Origin: an uncultured Bacilli bacterium
GTDB lineage: Bacteria > Bacillota_I > Bacilli_A > RF39 > UBA660
Length of the DNA: 64,000 nucleotides
Assembly: GCA_934096805.1 (NCBI GenBank)
Contig: CAKOMW010000001.1
Location: 215,633-279,632 of the forward strand
Direction of reading: 5' to 3'
Positions 37,413-44,657 of the stretch are shown in pieces. The position numbers were made by a program, and so were the translations under genes. The notes beneath the pieces were generated by a model, which did no database searches, was not told where the DNA came from, and saw only the letters and a list, made by a program, of their open reading frames with translations. Position 1 is the stretch's first letter. Each line of letters begins with the position of its first letter.

Positions 37413-37427
37413 AATTGTAATTTATTA
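37413..37427 (+). repeat. 15-nt direct repeat AATTGTAATTTATTA (right copy)
   Basis: Exact match to 36131-36145. Confidence 0.65.
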
Positions 37428-37438
37428 AAATTTGTTAT

Positions 37439-37462
37439 TTTTTAGATACGTTTTTAGATACG
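37439..37462 (+). repeat. Tandem 12-nt repeat TTTTTAGATACG x2 (right-flank copy of the TTAGATACG motif)
   Basis: tttttagatacg tttttagatacg, the same motif as 36025-36044. Confidence 0.7.
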
Positions 37463-37469
37463 TTCTGCT

Positions 37470-37613
37470 AGGTTTGCCGAGTGCTAAGGAGTGCTCTGGG
37501 GTGCAGCCAAGTGCCGAATTAATGAGCCAAGTGCTCCCAAAAGCTGCCAAAATCCCCAATACAAAAGGCCTTGTGGCTCTGGTAAGAAATATAAACAATG
37601 CTGTGGAAAGTAA
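37470..37613 (+). pseudogene. GC-rich patch ending in a decayed SEC-C motif fragment (SecA C-terminus-like)
   Basis: 37569-37613 translates as PCGSGKKYKQCCGK*. By hand alignment about 36 of 45 nt match the real secA end (35899-35943). The first Cys of the CxC pair is missing (KRPCG). A different frame just upstream reads ...VLPKAAKIPNTKG. No start codon or RBS. Confidence 0.6.
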
Positions 37614-37705
37614 GAATAGGAAAAAAATCAAATTAAGAAGGGTAACAAATTTGATGTTTGTCACCCGATAAATCGAAATGTGGACAAAGTCCATTGAAAT
37701 TAAAG

Positions 37706-37742
37706 GATGTTAACAAAATAAAAATTTGTTGACATCTTTTTT
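37706..37742 (+). terminator. Rho-independent terminator-like hairpin downstream of the SEC-C fragment
   Basis: gatgttaacaaa (37706-17) pairs with tttgttgacatc (37725-36) with 1 mismatch; loop ataaaaa; T6. Confidence 0.6.
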
Positions 37743-37870
37743 GGTCAATATTAAGTTGAAATAATTATGATAGTAAGTATTGAATGCTTTTTTAAGACAA
37801 AAATGTGATAGATATTAAGAACATGTTGATTATATAATGATATAAATATGCTTATTTAAAAAACTATTTG

Positions 37871-38124
37871 CTATTTTATAGTGATGAAGAAGGGAATACA
37901 AAAGTAGAAGTACTATTAGAAAACGAAGATGTATAGCTAAATACTGAGGCATTAGCGTCCTTTTTAATGTTGATAGAAATGGAATTATAAGACATATTAG
38001 TAATATTTATAAAGAGAGAGAATTAACCGGAGATGGAACTTGTGCAAAAATTGCACAAGTTCAAATAAAAGGGACTCGTGAAGTTATAAGAATTTATTCG
38101 TATTATAATTTGGATATGATTTGA
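37871..38124 (+). pseudogene. RhuM-family protein pseudogene (N-terminal ~85 codons, nonsense plus frameshift, 3' truncated)
   Basis: LFYSDEEGNTKVEVLLENEDV-TAG(37934-36; family has Trp here)-LNTEALASF. After a frame change in the T5 run at 37961-65 it reads NVDRNGIIRHISNIYKERELTGDGTCAKIAQVQIKGTREVIRIYSYYNLDMI*. This pattern matches RhuM N-terminal regions. Confidence 0.65.
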
Positions 38125-38485
38125 TAGGCTTTTGAGTGAAGCAAAGCAAATTGAAAATAAATTAATCACACATTGAATAAAAAAGTAAAATTTGATGTAA
38201 TTATATTAAGTAAATGGATTTGAATAGTGCTTAAGACAAAGTTTCAATATTTTATATTTATTTTAATGATAGCTGTTTTATTATCTATTACAGGTGTTTT
38301 TTGTTGGACTATTAGTAAGAAGTTTTTTTAGGATGATATTTAAAAAACAATTACAACAAGTATAAGAGTAAATTATAATTTGTATGACATGACTAACCAA
38401 AATATAAGTTTATATATAAGCATCATTAATGAAAATAAATTAACTATGAATTCTACTGTCAAGGAATGTTGTTAGTAAATAAGTG

Positions 38486-38512
38486 TATAAAAAAACTACT
38501 TTTTTAGTAGTT
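38486..38512 (-). terminator. Rho-independent terminator of the duplicated-domain gene (minus strand)
   Basis: On the minus strand: AACTACT, loop, AGTAGTT, followed by a T-run (plus-strand hairpin at 38494-38512, A-run at 38488-93). Confidence 0.6.
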
Positions 38513-38567
38513 AAATTGTTGAAATATGATTATATGCTATTTGTATTATGTTTTATTAAGCGCTTTT

Positions 38568-39440
38568 TTAACGAACATGTTTTGCGTTTTGTCCTATTTT
38601 TATTGCTTGTGTTCTGATACTTTGTAATTGTTTTTGTATTTCTTCTGGAGGTAAAGACATAAGTTTTTGTAATTCTTCCGGTGGCAACAACCTATCGGCA
38701 GTAGATTTATTTACTACGTCCCAACTTATATCTCCAACTTGTGCAGTTTTTTCTATCATACAGTCTATGTCTTTTGGTTCGGTGCCATATTCAGTTTCGT
38801 AATAAAAACGATCTATAATTTTTTTTCCAGTGATTGTTTCTTTGAAACCTGTAATTGTTGTTTTTCCTAGCAATCCTTTTTTTACTTCTGGTTTTATACA
38901 AAATATACCTAAAGCTTCTGATTTAGAATATAGTCCATTCCAGTGTATATTAGTGATAGCTCTTGGTACAGCAAGATAAATTTCATTGGGATTCATATTT
39001 GGATTGTCAAATCTTCTTTCTGTTTCTAAATTTCTTTGTTCTTGTCCTATAATTCTTGCTTTTGTCCTGATATTTTGTAATTGTTCTTGTATTTCTTCTG
39101 GAGATAAAGACATAAGTTTTTGTAATTCTTCCGGTGGAACCAATCTATCGGCAGTAGACTTATCTATTACTTCCCATACTAAATCTCCAACTTGTGCAGT
39201 TTTTTCTATCATACAGTCTACATCTTTTGATTCAATGCCATATTCGGTTCCATAATAAAAACGATCTATAATTTTTTTTCCGGTGATTGCTTCTTTGAAA
39301 CCTGTAATTGTTGTTTTTCCTAGCAATCCTTTTGTAATTTCAGGTGTTACGTAAAATACGCCTAAAGCTTCTGATTTTTTTGGTAATCTATTCCAATATA
39401 TATCAGTAATGGCTTTTGGTATAGCAACGTATAATTCCAT
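38568..39440 (-). CDS. Orphan protein made of two tandem ~130-aa homologous modules
   Basis: ATG 39440 lies 9 nt after AAGGAGAG; the track start is GTG 39449. Both halves share ...GKTTITGFKE(A/T)ITGKKIIDRFYY.TEYG...D(V/I)DCMIEKTAQVGD...STADRL.PPEELQKLMSL.PEEIQ.QLQ.IRT. I recognise no family. Confidence 0.75.
   Translation of the reverse strand: MELYVAIPKAITDIYWNRLPKKSEALGVFYVTPEITKGLLGKTTITGFKEAITGKKIIDRFYYGTEYGIESKDVDCMIEKTAQVGDLVWEVIDKSTADRLVPPEELQKLMSLSPEEIQEQLQNIRTKARIIGQEQRNLETERRFDNPNMNPNEIYLAVPRAITNIHWNGLYSKSEALGIFCIKPEVKKGLLGKTTITGFKETITGKKIIDRFYYETEYGTEPKDIDCMIEKTAQVGDISWDVVNKSTADRLLPPEELQKLMSLPPEEIQKQLQSIRTQAIKIGQNAKHVR
38592..39437 (-). repeat. Intragenic tandem duplication (units ~39048-39437 and ~38592-38984, ~63-nt linker)
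   Basis: Hand alignment of the two protein halves gives about 32 differences in about 131 positions. Long identical nucleotide runs are visible, e.g. gacataagtttttgtaattcttccggtgg at ~38649 and ~39110. Confidence 0.85.
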
Positions 39441-39633
39441 TAATATCACTCTCCTTCTTTATAAATATATTTTATCATATAGATAGAATTAAGTACACAA
39501 CGAATAGTTAAAGTTATTAATGAAAAAGGTCTAATTTTTAGGATATACTATGTATAGTAGATGAATAGCAATAAAATATAAATCTTATAAATTTACTGTT
39601 TCAAGTGCGAACGTGAATTTAGTATGTTTTTTC

Positions 39634-39671
39634 TTGACAAGTGTATTTTTTACGCTTATAATGTAATTATA
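39634..39671 (+). promoter_or_regulatory. Consensus sigma-A promoter with a -10-overlapping inverted repeat
   Basis: TTGACA (39634-39), 17-nt spacer, TATAAT (39657-62). TATAAT-gta-ATTATA (39657-71) forms a 6-3-6 inverted repeat, a possible operator. Confidence 0.6.
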
Positions 39672-39682
39672 GGGTGATATAA

Positions 39683-40357
39683 ATGGAAGTAACTAATAAG
39701 TTATATAAGAATATAGGTGTTCATGTTATTTCAACATTGTTTACAGTTGATAAGGGTGTTATAAAGGTATTGCTGGTTAAAAGAACTAATGAGCCATATA
39801 AAGATTTTTGGGCTTTGCCGAGTGGTGCTTTGTATAATAATGAATTATTGGTTACTGGAGCAAAACGGGAATTAAAGGAAAAAACTGGTTTGGTTAATAT
39901 TGATTTAGAGTTTGGAACGATTTTTGATGCCCTTGATAGAAGTAAGTTATTGCGAATGATTGGTATTTCTTTTATAGGGGTTATAAATATTGATGGTATA
40001 GAGTTGCAAAAAGAGACCTTAAAGACTTCTAGTGCTGATTTTTTTGATATTAATAGTTTACCAACGCTTGCTTATGATCATAATGAAGTGATAGGTAAGT
40101 CGATTGAAATGTTAAAAGACAAAGTTTTAGAAAGCTCTATTTTAAGAGGATTATTACCTATGGAATTTACTTTGCCTGAGTTACAAAAAGTTTATGAAAC
40201 TTTATTGGGAAAGAATTTAGATCGTAGAAACTTTCGGAAGAAATTACTTAATGATGGTATAATTGAAGATATTCATAAAGATGCTTTATTTAACGGAAAG
40301 AAACCTGCGAAAATGTATAAATTTTGTGATGATATTAGAAAGGTTAATTTATTTTAA
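39683..40357 (+). CDS. NrtR-like Nudix-domain transcriptional regulator (degenerate Nudix box plus C-terminal winged helix)
   Basis: The Nudix box GALYNNELLVTGAKRELKEKTGL has EK where the consensus has EE. The C-terminal FTLPELQKVYETLLGKNLDRRNFRKKLL matches the NrtR-type wHTH. Confidence 0.7.
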   Translation: MEVTNKLYKNIGVHVISTLFTVDKGVIKVLLVKRTNEPYKDFWALPSGALYNNELLVTGAKRELKEKTGLVNIDLEFGTIFDALDRSKLLRMIGISFIGVINIDGIELQKETLKTSSADFFDINSLPTLAYDHNEVIGKSIEMLKDKVLESSILRGLLPMEFTLPELQKVYETLLGKNLDRRNFRKKLLNDGIIEDIHKDALFNGKKPAKMYKFCDDIRKVNLF

Positions 40358-40413
40358 ATTGAATCTTTTTAATTAAAATATGATGTGTAAAAAATACACT
40401 TAAGGAGGATATT

Positions 40414-40926
40414 ATGATTGATTTATATTTGGATTTTGATGGAGTTATTAAAGATACAATAAATGTTAGTTATAAAATGATGAGAGATTTGGGAATAAAT
40501 CTAAAAGATAGGGCTAGTGTTGTTAAGTTTTATCAAGAAATTGATTGGAATTTTTTGCTTGCTAATTCTGATGAGCTTAATGATGCCTTTAAATATATTG
40601 ATATGATTTGTGAAGAAGGGGTGTTTAGACTTTCTATATTGACGACTGTTAATTCTTTGTCTGAGATGATTGCTAAAACTAAGTATATTCGTAGTAAAAA
40701 TACGGATGTTGGTATTATTTGTGTTCCTAATGGGGTTTTAAAGAATCAAATAGTTAATGCGAATGGTGCTATATTGGTGGATGATTATTCAACTAATTTA
40801 TTTAATTGGGTTAAGGCTGGTGGCATTGGTGTTAAGTTTGGTTTTGATGAAGATTATATTTCTATTGATTCATTGCATTTGTTTGTTGATAAAAGGGCTA
40901 ATAAAAATCTATGTTTGAGAAAATAA
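40414..40926 (+). CDS. HAD-superfamily hydrolase, 5'(3')-deoxyribonucleotidase-like
   Basis: Motif I LDFDGV at the N-terminus and a late acidic motif ILVDDY. About 170 aa, as in NT5C-like enzymes. Assignment is tentative. Confidence 0.5.
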   Translation: MIDLYLDFDGVIKDTINVSYKMMRDLGINLKDRASVVKFYQEIDWNFLLANSDELNDAFKYIDMICEEGVFRLSILTTVNSLSEMIAKTKYIRSKNTDVGIICVPNGVLKNQIVNANGAILVDDYSTNLFNWVKAGGIGVKFGFDEDYISIDSLHLFVDKRANKNLCLRK

Positions 40927-40994
40927 TGTATTTATTACTCGTTTTTGATGATTGTTTTGTGGGAAAAGACAGAGTTTTCGTCAATAATAAGAGG

Positions 40995-41023
40995 TTGCTT
41001 TGTTTCCTTTTTTTTTGTATAAT
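40995..41023 (+). promoter_or_regulatory. Putative sigma-A promoter of prfB
   Basis: TTGCTT (40995-41000), 17-nt spacer, TATAAT (41018-23). Confidence 0.55.
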
Positions 41024-41041
41024 TGTGGTAGGTGATGATAG

Positions 41042-42134
41042 ATGGAACTTAACGAATTAATGGAAGTACTTACTAATAACCTTTCAAAGGTTGATGAATT
41101 ATGGAGGTTACTTTGACGTTGATGCTAAATTAAAAGAGATTGCTTCTTTAGAAAAGGTTGTTAATTCTTCAGATTTTTGGGATGATGTTAATAAGGCAAG
41201 GAGTATTATTGATGATTTAAATAATAAAAAGAAGAGTATTTCTTCTTGTGTTTCTTTGAGAGAGGACATTGTTTCATATATTGATTTTGCTCGAATGATT
41301 AGTGATTCATTTGATGAAGATATTTTTAATGACATTACTTCTTTTGTTATGAATTTAGATAATTTGGTTTCAAAAATTGAGTTGGAAGTGCTTTTTTCTG
41401 GAGAATATGATCATTCTAATTGTATAGTTGAGATTCATGCTGGTGCAGGTGGAACTGAGGCTTGTGATTGGTGTAATATGCTTTATAGGATGTATACTAG
41501 GTATTGTTCTAGTAAAGATTATAAGGTTGAAGTGCTTGATATACTTGATGGGGATGAAGCTGGTATAAAAAGAGTTAGCTTTCTTGTTACTGGTTTTAAT
41601 GCTTATGGTTATTTGAAGTGTGAAAAAGGTGTTCACAGATTGGTACGTTTATCTCCTTTTGATTCTAACAATAAAAGACATACATCTTTTGCATCTGTTG
41701 ATGTTGTACCAGAAATTGATTCTTCAATTGATATAGAGATTAAGGATGAGGATTTAAAAATTGATGTTTATCGTAGTAGTGGTGCTGGAGGACAAAGTGT
41801 TAATACTACTGATAGTGCAGTAAGAATTACACATTTGCCTACTAAAGTTGTGGTTTCTTGTCAAAATGAAAGAAGTCAATTAAAGAATAAGGAAAAAGCG
41901 ATGCAAATACTGAAGGCTAAGTTGCTTGTTATGGAAATGGAGGCTAAAGAAAAGGAAAAACTTGCTTTGAAGGGAGAAATTAAGAATATTGAATTTGGTT
42001 CTCAGATAAGAAGTTACGTAATGCATCCGTATTCTATGGTTAAAGATCATCGTACGAATATTGAAACTAGTGATGTTAATGGAGTTTTAGATGGGGATTT
42101 GGATTTGTTTATAGAAGGATATTTAAGGAGTTAG
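41042..42134 (+). CDS. prfB: Peptide chain release factor 2 (requires programmed +1 frameshift at 41111-41117)
   Basis: Frame 0 reads ATG 41042 ... MELNELMEVLTNNLSKVDELWRLL-TGA(41114-16). The +1 frame continues DVDAKLKEIASLEK... to 42134, with SPF (RLSPFDSNNKRHT) and GGQ motifs. Confidence 0.94.
41103..41117 (+). promoter_or_regulatory. RF2 autoregulatory +1 frameshift site
   Basis: Internal SD-like GGAGG (41103-07), then tta CTT TGA C (41111-17). This is the canonical CUU UGA C slippery/stop context. Confidence 0.9.
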
Positions 42135-42136
42135 AT

Positions 42137-42994
42137 ATGGAAAGTATTTTAGGAATTGTTAATAGTAAAAATAAGTTTAAAAGATTTTTGTTTGTTGTGC
42201 TTGGAGTTTTTATTGCTGCGGTTAGTTTTAATTTGTTTATTTATCCAAATGATATTGTTTTTGGTGGTCTTACTGGAGTTAGTGTGATTATTACTAATTT
42301 TATTGATATTAACCCTTCTTTTGTCATTTTTATTTTATCTTTTGTTTTGCTTCTTATAGGTGCATTGTTTTTGGGAAGAGAGCCTGTTATTAAAGCTTTG
42401 GTGGTTGCAATTTTGTTTCCTTTATTTGTGCAACTTACTAGTAATGTTGGAGATTTAATTAAGGTTGATATGACTGATCAACTTTTGCTTGCATTATTTG
42501 GAGGAATTATGTATGGGTTTGGCGTTGGTCTTGTGTTTAAGAATGGTTATACTATGGGTGGTACAGATATTTTAAATCAAATCCTTCATAAATATCTTAA
42601 GGTTTCTGTTGGCAATGCTATGCTTATAGTTGATGGTTCTATTGTTCTTATAGGTGCATTTATATTTGGTTGGACTAAGTGTTTGTATGCTATTATTATT
42701 CTTTATATTATTAGTGTTTCTGTGGATAAGTCTATGCTTGGTATTTCTGATAAGAAAGCTTTTTATATTGTCACTAGTGAGGTTGATAAAATTTCAGCTT
42801 TTGTAATTGATGAGCTTGGTCATGGTGTTACGGTTTTTGATGCTCGTGGTGCTTATTCTAATGAAAAAACTAAGGTTCTTTTTACTCTTATTCCTACTAA
42901 GGAGTATTATAAGTTTAAAGAGGGTATTAGAACTATTGATAAAACTGCATTTTTCACTGTTTTAGATGCTTATGAGGTTCTTGGAGGTGAATAG
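42137..42994 (+). CDS. YitT-family (DUF2179) membrane protein, paralog 1
   Basis: 5-6 TM helices, GYTMGGTDIL, and a C-terminal DUF2179-like soluble domain (FYIVTSE...VTVFDARGAYS). Confidence 0.8.
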   Translation: MESILGIVNSKNKFKRFLFVVLGVFIAAVSFNLFIYPNDIVFGGLTGVSVIITNFIDINPSFVIFILSFVLLLIGALFLGREPVIKALVVAILFPLFVQLTSNVGDLIKVDMTDQLLLALFGGIMYGFGVGLVFKNGYTMGGTDILNQILHKYLKVSVGNAMLIVDGSIVLIGAFIFGWTKCLYAIIILYIISVSVDKSMLGISDKKAFYIVTSEVDKISAFVIDELGHGVTVFDARGAYSNEKTKVLFTLIPTKEYYKFKEGIRTIDKTAFFTVLDAYEVLGGE

Positions 42995-42996
42995 TT

Positions 42997-43875
42997 GTGG
43001 TTGATATTAAAGGATTTATTAATGATTCTAAAAATGTTAAAAGATTTGCTTTTATGACACTTGCTTTATTTTTAGCGGCAGTTACTTTTAATCTTTTTAT
43101 TAGTCCAATTAATTTAGTTGCTGGAGGAGCGGTTGGCGTTTCTATTATTTTTAGAGAAGCTTTTGGATTTGATGCGTCTTTAGTTATATTTTTAATTTCT
43201 TTTATATGTTTTGTTTTTAGTTTGCTTTTTTTAGATTCTAAGAATTCTATTGCCGCTCTTTTTTCAAGTTTGGTTTATCCTTTGTTTATTAAGGTTACTT
43301 CTGGTATAGAGAATATATTTTTAATTGATTCATCTAACGTGCTATTGTTGGTGCTTTTTTCTGGTTTGCTTGGTGGTATTAGTCAAGGAATTATTTATAA
43401 GCAAGGTTTAAATAATGGTGGTCTTAATGTTATATCAAGAATATTTTTTAAGTATTTTAATATTTCTATTGCTAAGGTTAATTTTATTATAAATTTTGTT
43501 ATTGTAGTTTTTGGGGTTTGTTTCTTTGGGTTTAATATGCTTCTTTATGCATTTTTATATCTTTTTATTTCTAAATATGTTAGCGAAAAGATAATGCTTG
43601 GTGTTTCTCGTAATAAGGCTTTTTATATAATAAGTGATAAATATAAGGAGATTGTTCTTGTGCTAAATAAAGAATTGGGTCATGATGCTACTATATATAA
43701 TGTTAAAGGAAAGTTTAATGACGAAAAGAGGAAAATGATAATGACTATTATACCTAATTCAGAGTATTATGTTGCTAAGGAAATGATAGGTATTATTGAT
43801 CCCTCATCTTTTATATTTGTGTGTGATAGTTATGAGGTTTTAGGACAAGATATAAAATTAAAAGAAGATCTTTGA
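42997..43875 (+). CDS. YitT-family (DUF2179) membrane protein, paralog 2
   Basis: Same architecture (FYIISDK...ATIYNVKGKFN). GTG start 2 nt after paralog 1. Confidence 0.8.
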   Translation: MVDIKGFINDSKNVKRFAFMTLALFLAAVTFNLFISPINLVAGGAVGVSIIFREAFGFDASLVIFLISFICFVFSLLFLDSKNSIAALFSSLVYPLFIKVTSGIENIFLIDSSNVLLLVLFSGLLGGISQGIIYKQGLNNGGLNVISRIFFKYFNISIAKVNFIINFVIVVFGVCFFGFNMLLYAFLYLFISKYVSEKIMLGVSRNKAFYIISDKYKEIVLVLNKELGHDATIYNVKGKFNDEKRKMIMTIIPNSEYYVAKEMIGIIDPSSFIFVCDSYEVLGQDIKLKEDL

Positions 43876-43961
43876 TGTAAAAAGAGGTCTTTTTTTGTCT
43901 GTTTTTTGTTTTTTTCTTTTTTGTTTGTGTTATAATGGTATAAAAGAGTGAGGTGCTTATT

Positions 43962-44657
43962 TTGGATATAATTAAAATGAAGAATGTATTTAAAACTTAT
44001 CCTAATGGTGTTGGTGCTATATATGACTTGGACTTATCTATTGAAAAAGGTGATTTTGTTTTTATAATTGGTGGTTCTGGTAGTGGTAAGAGTACTCTTA
44101 TAAAAATGCTTTATCGTGAAGAAAAGCCAAGCCGTGGTGAGATAATAGTGGGCGGAGTTAATGTTGCTAAGCTTAGGACTTCAAAGGTTTATAAGCTTCG
44201 TCGTAAACTTGGAGTTGTTTTTCAAGATTATAAACTTCTTCCTAAGCTTACTGTTTATGAAAATGTTGCTTTTGCTTTGGAGGTAACTGGTGCTGATAAC
44301 AAGACTATTAGGAAAAGAGTTATTGATGTTTTAGATAAAGTTGGTTTGAAGGACAAAGTGAAGGAATATCCTGATAAACTGTCTGGTGGGGAACAACAAA
44401 GGGTAGCTATTGCGCGTGCGATTGTAAATAATCCTAAAATTCTTATTTGTGATGAGCCTACTGGGAATCTTGACCCAACGATTAGTATGGAAATAATGGA
44501 AATTCTTAATAATGTTAATAAAGATGGTACGACAATTCTTATGGTTACTCATGATATAAGTATTGTTGAAAAATTTAAGAAAAGAGTTATTGTTCTAAAG
44601 GATGGAAGACTTGTTAAGAATTATGAAAGGGGGTATTTTAAGAATGAAAGCTTGTAG
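43962..44657 (+). CDS. ftsE: Cell-division ABC transporter ATP-binding protein FtsE
   Basis: Aligns with B. subtilis FtsE from the N-terminus (IIKMKNVFKTYPNG). Walker A GGSGSGKST, signature LSGGEQQRVAIARA and Walker B ILICDEPTGNLD. TTG 43962 follows GAGGTG. Confidence 0.9.
   Translation: MDIIKMKNVFKTYPNGVGAIYDLDLSIEKGDFVFIIGGSGSGKSTLIKMLYREEKPSRGEIIVGGVNVAKLRTSKVYKLRRKLGVVFQDYKLLPKLTVYENVAFALEVTGADNKTIRKRVIDVLDKVGLKDKVKEYPDKLSGGEQQRVAIARAIVNNPKILICDEPTGNLDPTISMEIMEILNNVNKDGTTILMVTHDISIVEKFKKRVIVLKDGRLVKNYERGYFKNESL

Noticed and set aside
36006-37462. The short repeats flanking the orphan ORF as a CRISPR array or as IS inverted repeats.
   Set aside because: There are only 2-3 copies of 10-12 nt, with no spacer periodicity. 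The repeats are direct, not inverted. No transposase or cas genes are present.
37425-37694. Overlapping ORFs on both strands (37432-37671 + and 37425-37694 -) across the GC-rich patch.
   Set aside because: They are open only because the GC-rich stretch lacks AT-rich stop codons. There is no RBS or plausible start context. The region is better explained as a decayed gene fragment (the SEC-C remnant).
38986-39255. An 89-aa + strand ORF.
   Set aside because: It is antisense to the duplicated-domain gene, which has an RBS, a terminator and internally conserved protein repeats.
35944-41041. The island as an intact integrative element or prophage.
   Set aside because: There is no integrase, recombinase, replication or structural genes. 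Only fragments and orphan genes remain, so at most it is a remnant.
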